DNA from: the human T2T-CHM13v2.0 reference genome, Homo sapiens
Assembly: GCF_009914755.1 (NCBI RefSeq)
Contig: NC_060928.1
Strand: one strand, 5' to 3'
Length of the DNA: 64,000 bases
Part shown: positions 52,641-64,000 of the stretch, in pieces
Numbering within the stretch: position 1 is the stretch's first letter
Layout of the letters: every line of letters begins with the position of its first letter
The notes under the pieces: generated by a model
The model's input: only the letters and a program-made list of their open reading frames with translations
Databases searched by the model: none
What the model was told of the DNA's origin: nothing
Made by a program: the position numbers and the translations under genes

Positions 52641-55117
52641 CCATGTTGTGTAGGAGAATGAGATATTAAAGGTTCAAGATTATTAAGTTCTTCAGACGAG
52701 TAAAATGGGAGAATAATGTTTCCATTGATAAAATAGGAAGTCAAAATGGGAATCCAATGGAGAGAACTTAACTGAAATAGTATGATTTCTTCTGCATTTT
52801 TAGAAAGTGAAAGAAGCAGGATAACTTTCTCAAGGGCACTATTATGAAAACTGAATCAAGACTTGCTCTTTTGTAATTTTTAATTTTACTTGACTTTCTA
52901 CAAAGACAGGGTCACCATACGAATATTAAAAGGTTCTTCAGAGAGGTGGTTCTGGATGATACATTATTAGAAAATCATCTATAGTTTACCCGTGTCAAAC
53001 TTCTTTGAAACCTAGCCAATTTATTTACATAGTCTCCAGTTACAGAGTGAGAGCATAGCCCTGGGAGGGGTAGAAAAGGAAGAAGATCCTGGTAGCATAT
53101 TTACACTAAGATCAATAGTACCAACATCAGATCATTTATGTATTATTTTTCAATTGTTGAAAGGATTGCACGCTAGAGTGCTGGCTACACATGTGTGCAG
53201 GTCCTGTGGCAGGGGCAAAGTTATCATCTGTGAAGAGAGAATCCCTAGTTTATGTCTGGTCCTGAGACTTACAAATATAATCCCAGGAACATCTGACTTA
53301 CATGCTCAATATCTTCATTTTTAACATAAATTATTTTAGAGATTGCCAGATTATCAATTAAATGAGATATACATGTGCATCCCGGCATTTTATTTATCTT
53401 ATTTCGACATTTAATTTACAGCTTTTAATTATTTTCTTGTACATTATATACTTGTACATTACTTTATAGATAGAGTGGGTTTTATTATAAGCCCAATTTC
53501 AGTGGGTGACCAGTGAAAGCAGCAGACACATTAAACAGCATGGGAGTGTGCAGTATTGATGTTCTCTTTGCAAGATGTAGGAAACTGATCTCATTATGGC
53601 ACAAGGTTGATTAACAGCCTGGGCTTTGAATTACACAATATAGAAGGAAGGCAGCATTAGGTGAATCCACAGTCGCGTTTAATTTTTGTTTTTAGAAAGT
53701 GGTCTAGAACATCTCCACATTTTACTTTACAGAAAAGCAGTTGAAAACAACTTATTTTCTGCATTGCCTTACTAGCAGAGGAAAAATAAAAAGAAAAAGA
53801 AAACCATGTGTATAGGTGAGGCTCTGTGTGTGTGCGCCTACCGAGCTTATCGGTTAATCAAAATAAGTAATTAATACTTTCTGTAATCTCATTCTTTCAA
53901 CTTGGCCACCTATTTTCTTAACATTTAATTTACAGCTACTTTTAATTATTTTCTTACAGCACACTTACATTAAATTGCTCTTTGATATCACTACTACTTT
54001 AGTAATTTCTATCTGATCTAAAGCGTTTATTATCTATCGTGTCTTATTTGCTATTCAGAACTCTCCAACTGGGAATCTGTATAATTCAGAATTAATTATA
54101 AAAAAGGTATTGTAATGTCAGAACTTATATCCTTAAAAACACAATGCCTATCCCGGCCAGAATGCCACTGGAGAAATGTCCTTGACAACTACATTATCAA
54201 ACAACATCAATTGGGTTGGCAAAGGTTAAGACTGACAATTACCTCTGGTTGCTGCTCAAATGGCCACTGTGCATCCTGGCATTTTATTTATCTTATTTCA
54301 ACAGAATGAGAGTTTAAGTACACAAAGTAATTACCTGAAGGCTGAACAGATTGCAGTGGACATTGCATCCTCATCAGAATTCAGTAGCCGTGTAAAAGAA
54401 TGCGGATAAGCACCGAAAGGACAGGGATAAATGATTGGCACAGAAAAAGAAAACTCCATGTTGTTCCTTAATTGATATGAAAAAGAAGGGATGAGAAGGG
54501 ATGGTGTCACCTTAGCTTTGTTTTTCCACCACTTTTTAGGTTGGCATATGAATATAAACTTAATTCATTTGAAGATTTCTAATTGTCATTCATGTAGTCT
54601 TAAAGAACCAGGTCCGGTCAGAAAGGAAAAAAAATGGAAAAGGCACTTCCGTATACCCTTCTATAAACTTTGTCACTACATTGTTTTTCAAAAACATAAA
54701 CGCCAGCATTAAAACAACATCACAAAAGGGGTGCACCATCCATCACACTTGAACTATATACAGTTGTGCCAGAAAATATAGCTATATTTTTAATAAAGAT
54801 CCTTAACATATTCTCTCAGGTGATTAAATGAGAAAGATTTCTGGAATAAATTCAGCTTATATTAAAAGAAAACAGATGTTTTGTTTTATATTAATTCAGA
54901 CTTGGATTAACACCAAATTATTTGCATGTGAGCCTGAGAATAATATGTACTGCACTTTATTTCCCAGAATAATAAAAAATGTTGACAAGTAGAACAAGTA
55001 TTAAATACAACTATTTCTTATAGGAAATCCTTTGTATTTGTCATAAATTAACTTATGAGGAACTCTCACTAATTTAGAAGCCTAGAAATAATTTGAATGG
55101 ATAAAATTAAATATAGG

Positions 55118-55400
<283 letters not shown>

Positions 55401-55489
55401 TTAAATGTAGGAAATTATTGGAGAAGAACTATATGAGTGGGTTAATTTATACTTCCTCAGAATGCATGTTATAGGTTTATAAAAAATGA

Positions 55490-55930
55490 TAGGAAGTATA
55501 CATATGTAAATTCTTTGCAGGATTCATGGCAATAGAATGAAAATATAACTGAAATGGAATAAATATCTATCAATACAAGATTGTCAAATAAACTATGGGA
55601 TAACCATAAGATGAAATAACATATAACCCTAAAAATATGAAGGGCAATTTATATGCAGTTAGAGAAGACTTTTATCATTCATACTTTTATTGTAGAACAG
55701 AGTGTTTAGTATAATCCTAAATTTGTTCAAATAATAAAAGTAAGTTAATCAAGTTAATGATTACAAATTTAAACATAAATATTAAATCCAGAAACTGATT
55801 TCCTCTATGAATTAATAATAACAATAGATGTGGGGGGAACCTTTTAATATTTTCCTTATGCTCTTTTACAAAGTTTAAAAATTTAAGTATGATAAAGTAC
55901 TATGTTTATAATAATAAAATAAAATGTTTG
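55490..55930 (+). mobile_element. L1ME 3' fragment
   Basis: aaatatctatcaata...aaataaactatgg...cata..atgaaata. Confidence 0.5.
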
Positions 55931-57755
55931 TTTTTTAAAGAAACCTACTCCATTTTACTTCAACCCTAGTTGTGTCCATGTTTTATAAAATCTGTCTTTT
56001 TATGTTTTTAGTCATTAAAAAAATCCATAATGTTCTTTGAGGAGATATTACAAAGACTTCCTTTATGGTTCTTCATATTATGTAGACAACAAACACATTT
56101 TTTGTAAGAACATTTCTGTATCTAATTCACCTGATCAAGAAACTGATTTCTGGTAAAAAACAGTGTTCCTGTTTTAAGTCAATCAGAACATGGTCATGAT
56201 ACACATTCTACTTATATCTCTCTTGGAGAATGTGTTTAATGATTTTTGTGATGATGACCCTAAAAGTATTTTCAACTTTCTAAATTATTTAGCTTAATAT
56301 TGTTTTAAATTTAATAGCTGTTTTTATTATCTACATTGTAAAATGCTGCATAATGATATAAAAATCATTTGTATTTTAGATTAAATATTTCATTAAATGG
56401 AGATATAATTAAAATGACCATTGTACAATATGAATAGATTCTCATTTTAGCTTGAGCTTTACTCTTCCTATTTGTTCCTGTGATTATAAGCCTTTAACTA
56501 TTTAATACAGAAACAGTATGATTTATTGATAAAACACTGTTATTTATTGAATAGGCTCTAAATCTAAATCTATATGGAATAGAGTAATGTACAGTTTTCA
56601 AACATTAAAAATAGCTTTGGAAAAACATTCAAGTTCTGTAAATTACACCAAGTAAATATTTATCTTTTATTAAGTTTTCTCTCAAAATGACTGGGGCAAG
56701 TGAACAAACAGCTATATGGTATACACTGCTGAAAAGTTTGGTCCAAGTTTTAAAGATATTAAAGATACAGAATCAAAATATCCATGGACTAATTCGGGAG
56801 ATGCCTATTCTGTCTTTTGCAATGAGATTAGTGGTGACACATTTACTGCAAATGGGGAAGTTTGAGGGAGATCTGTTTTGTAGTACTCTTTCTTTTTAAA
56901 AGTCTTAGCTTTGGGGGACAGTGAACTAATGGAGATATTCAGTAAGCAAAGAAAAATGTGAAATTGAAGGCATAAAAAGAAAATGAGAGTTGAGATGCAT
57001 TGCAGCCTTCACTGTGTTTGGATCACCTAATGTAAAGCATGTAAAGAAAAAAAGAGTAGAAAAATAAGTTATCAAGGTTTGAAAAGAAGCCCAAGAAAGA
57101 GGAGGAAGGCTGAGTAAACAGAATCCTAGAGAGAATTTCATCATGGCAATCAAGAGAGGAGAAGTTTTACAAAGGTGTAGTATACAACGATGCCAAATGC
57201 AGCAGCGGATTTTAGACACAAACTAAAAATGTTTGCGAGTGATACACAAACCTCACTTTCTTTCTACATGTTTATTACTAAGTAATATTTATAAAGCTCT
57301 TGGAACAGTAACCTGTACTTAATAAAACCATGGAAGTGTTTGATAAATAAAGGTATAATGATTTAGAATTAGAGAGGTCACAGGTGACTTCCATGATAAG
57401 CAGATCCAGTAAAAGTTAGATTGGACTGAGGACTAAAAGCAGAGACAGCAAATATATGCCTCACTTTTGAAAACATTTTGTATACAACAAAAAGAGAAAG
57501 AAGTCCAAGATTTCTGTCACAGAAAGGAGAATTAATGGTTTACAAAGGTTTGGTGATAAAAGGTTGAGCGTTCATACATGATAACCCAAATTTTATCAGT
57601 TAAATTGATTTTTTTTTTAAAAAAGGGTCATCTATGCTGGAGACCTAAGGCTTAAATTCAGTGGTAAAGGCATGGAAACATGATTGGATGCAATTAGGTT
57701 TCTACAAATGAGACTCAAAAAAGAAAGAAAAAAAGTCTTATTGTCAATAAGAGCT

Positions 57756-58062
<307 letters not shown>

Positions 58063-58465
58063 AAGAGTATTGCTTTTATCATCTGAATCTGTCTTGAAAC
58101 TTCTGCTTGTCCCTTGTGAGTGAGTGAAGGAGAAAATTTTCCAGTCCCAGTTGTGGGTATGTACAATCATGTTAGTCTATCTTCTGTTGCAAGGGTAGTA
58201 CTTGTGTCTTCAGTTAACACTGAGGAAGTCAAAGGAGGCACAACTATTTTAAATCTTTTTATTGCCTCAAACAATTGCAACTAGTAGTCTTATTTTTATG
58301 GTGGTAAACTAGGTAAAAGAGATTTAGTGTCTAACCAAAGATCAGTGTTACTGCCCCAATGTAGGTAGGGGCAGAAGCCTCCAGGGTTTCCTAATAGAAT
58401 TCGTCAGTGAACATTCTTTCATGGATAAGCCATTTGATATGAAAATGCATCACCTGAAATCTGTC

Positions 58466-59371
58466 GGGAGGAGCCAAGATGGCCAAATAGGAACAGCCCC
58501 GGTCTACAGCTCCCAGCCTGAGCGACGCAGAAGACGGGTGATTTCTGCATTTCCATCTGAGGTACCGGGTTCATCTCACTAGGGAGTGCCAGACAGTGGG
58601 CGCAGGTCAGTGGGTGCGCGCACCGTGCACGAGACGAAGCAGGGCGAGGCATTGCCTCACTTGGGAAGCGCAAGGGGTCAGGGAGTTCCCTTTCCGAGTC
58701 AAAGAAAGGGGTGACAGACGCACCTGGAAAATCGGGTCACTCCCACCCGAATATTGCGCTTTTCCGACCGGCTTAAAAAACGGCGCACCACGAGATTATA
58801 TCCCACACATGGCTCGGAGGGTCCTACGCCCACGGAGACTCACTGATTGCTAGCACAGCAGTCTGAGATCAAACTGCAAGGCAGCAGCGAGGCTGGGGGA
58901 GGGGCGCCCGCCATTGCCCAGGATTGCTTAGGTAAACAAAGCAGCCGGGAAGGCGAACTGGGTGGAGCCCACCACAGCTCAAGGAGGCCTGCCTGCCTCT
59001 GTAGGCTCCACCTCTGGGGGCAGGGCACAGACAAACAAAAAGACAGCAGTAGTAACCTCTGCAGACTTAAATGTTCCTGTCTGACAGCTTTGAAGAGAGC
59101 AGTGGTTCTCCTAGCACGCAGCTGGAGATCTGAGAACGGGCAGACTGCCTCCTCAAGTGGGTCCCTGACCCCTCACCCCCTAGCAGCCTAACTGGGAGGC
59201 ACCCCCCAGCAGGGGCACACTGACACCTCACACGGCAGGGTATTCCAACAGACCTGCAGCTGAGGGTCCTGTCTGTTAGAAGGAAAACTAACAAACAGAA
59301 AGGACATCCACACCAAAAACACATCTGTACATCATCATCATCAAAGATCAAAAGTAGATAAAACCACAAAG
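58466..59371 (+). promoter_or_regulatory. L1 5'UTR internal sense promoter and antisense promoter region
   Basis: YY1 motif aagatggcc at 58476-58484; CpG-rich; SOX-like aaacaaa motifs. Confidence 0.85.
58840..58914 (-). pseudogene. ORF0: L1 ORF0 truncated by premature stop (24 aa)
   Basis: MAGAPPPASLLPCSLISDCCASNQ* matches the ORF0 N-terminus; Arg25 codon reads TGA. Confidence 0.8.
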
Positions 59372-60388
59372 ATGGGGAAAAAACAGAACAGAAAAACTGG
59401 AAACTCTAAAACGCAGAGCGCCTCTCCTCCTCCAAAGGAACGCAGTTCCTCACCAGCAACGGAACAAACCTGGATGGAGAATGACTTTGACGAGCTGAGA
59501 GAAGAAGGCTTCAGACGATCAAATTACTCTGAGCTACGGGAGGACATTCAAACCAAAGGCAAAGAAGTTGAAAACTTTGAAAAAAATTTAGAAGAATGTA
59601 TAACTAGAATAACCAATACAGAGAAGTGCTTAAAGGAGCTGATGGAGCTGAAAACCAAGGCTCGAGAACTACGAGAAGAATGCAGAAGCCTCAGGAGCCG
59701 ATGCGATCAACTGGAAGAAAGGGTATCAGCATTGGAAGATGAAATGAATGAAATGAAGCGAGAAGGGAAGTTTAGAGAAAAAAGAATAAAAAGAAATCAG
59801 CAAAGACTCCAAGAAATATGGGACTATGTGAAAAGACCCAATCTACGTCTGATTGGTGTACCTGAAAGTGATGGGGAGAATGGAACCAAGTTGGAAAACA
59901 CTCTGCAGGATATTATCCAGGAGAACTTCCCCAATCTAGCAAGGCAGGCCAACGTTCAGATTCAGGAAATACAGAGAACACCACAAAGATACTCCTTGAG
60001 AAGAGCAACTCCAAGACACATAATTGTCAGATTCACCAAAGTTGAAATGAAGGAAAAAATGTTAAGGGCAGCCAGAGAGAAAGGTCGGGTTACCCTCAAA
60101 GGGAAGCCCATCAGACTAACAGCGGATCTCTCGGCAGAAACCCTACAAGCCAGAAGAGAGTGGGGGCCAATATTCAACATTCTTAAAGGAAAGAATTTTC
60201 AACCCAGAATTTCATATCCAGCCAAACTAAGCTTCATAAGTGAAGGAGAAATAAAATACTTTACAGACAAGCAAATGCTGAGAGATTTTGTCACCACCAG
60301 GCCTGCCCTAAAAGAGCTCCTGAAGGAAGCACTAAACATGGAAAGGAACAACCTGTACCAGCCACTGCAAAAACATGCCAAAATGTAA
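59372..60388 (+). CDS. ORF1: LINE-1 ORF1p RNA-binding/chaperone protein, intact 338 aa
   Basis: MGKKQNRKTGNSKTQSASPPPKERSSSP...REKG...ARREW...YPAKLS...HAKM, full length, no stops. Confidence 0.97.
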   Translation: MGKKQNRKTGNSKTQSASPPPKERSSSPATEQTWMENDFDELREEGFRRSNYSELREDIQTKGKEVENFEKNLEECITRITNTEKCLKELMELKTKARELREECRSLRSRCDQLEERVSALEDEMNEMKREGKFREKRIKRNQQRLQEIWDYVKRPNLRLIGVPESDGENGTKLENTLQDIIQENFPNLARQANVQIQEIQRTPQRYSLRRATPRHIIVRFTKVEMKEKMLRAAREKGRVTLKGKPIRLTADLSAETLQARREWGPIFNILKGKNFQPRISYPAKLSFISEGEIKYFTDKQMLRDFVTTRPALKELLKEALNMERNNLYQPLQKHAKM

Positions 60389-60451
60389 AGACCATCGAGA
60401 CTAGGAAGAAACTGCATCAACTAACGAGCAAAATAACCAGCTAACATCATA

Positions 60452-64000
<3,549 letters not shown>

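Overview
AT-rich, repeat-dense primate (hominoid, probably human) genomic DNA. No host protein-coding exon is recognisable. Roughly half of the window is transposon-derived: about 11 Alu/FLAM copies, old antisense L1M fragments, MIR/L2 relics, hAT MITEs (MER58A, MER1A, MER33), MaLR/ERVL LTRs, a dense 24-38.6 kb cluster of primate LTRs (MER4, LTR8, THE1 provirus, LTR8A, LTR12C, MER50B), a 5'-truncated 7SL retrocopy, and a young 5'-complete L1PA2-like LINE-1 (58466 to window end) with intact ORF1 and disabled ORF2. Almost all other ORF-track entries are chance or repeat-derived. Repeat subfamily names come from recalled consensus sequences, not from a search. I found no convincing new biological system. 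The best leads are an unassigned degenerate coding-like island at about 5.95-6.79 kb, several short locally templated duplications (one is a tail-to-head, circle-type junction at 53.4 kb), a three-level nested transposon insertion with recognisable TSDs, and candidate LTR12C and L1 promoters.
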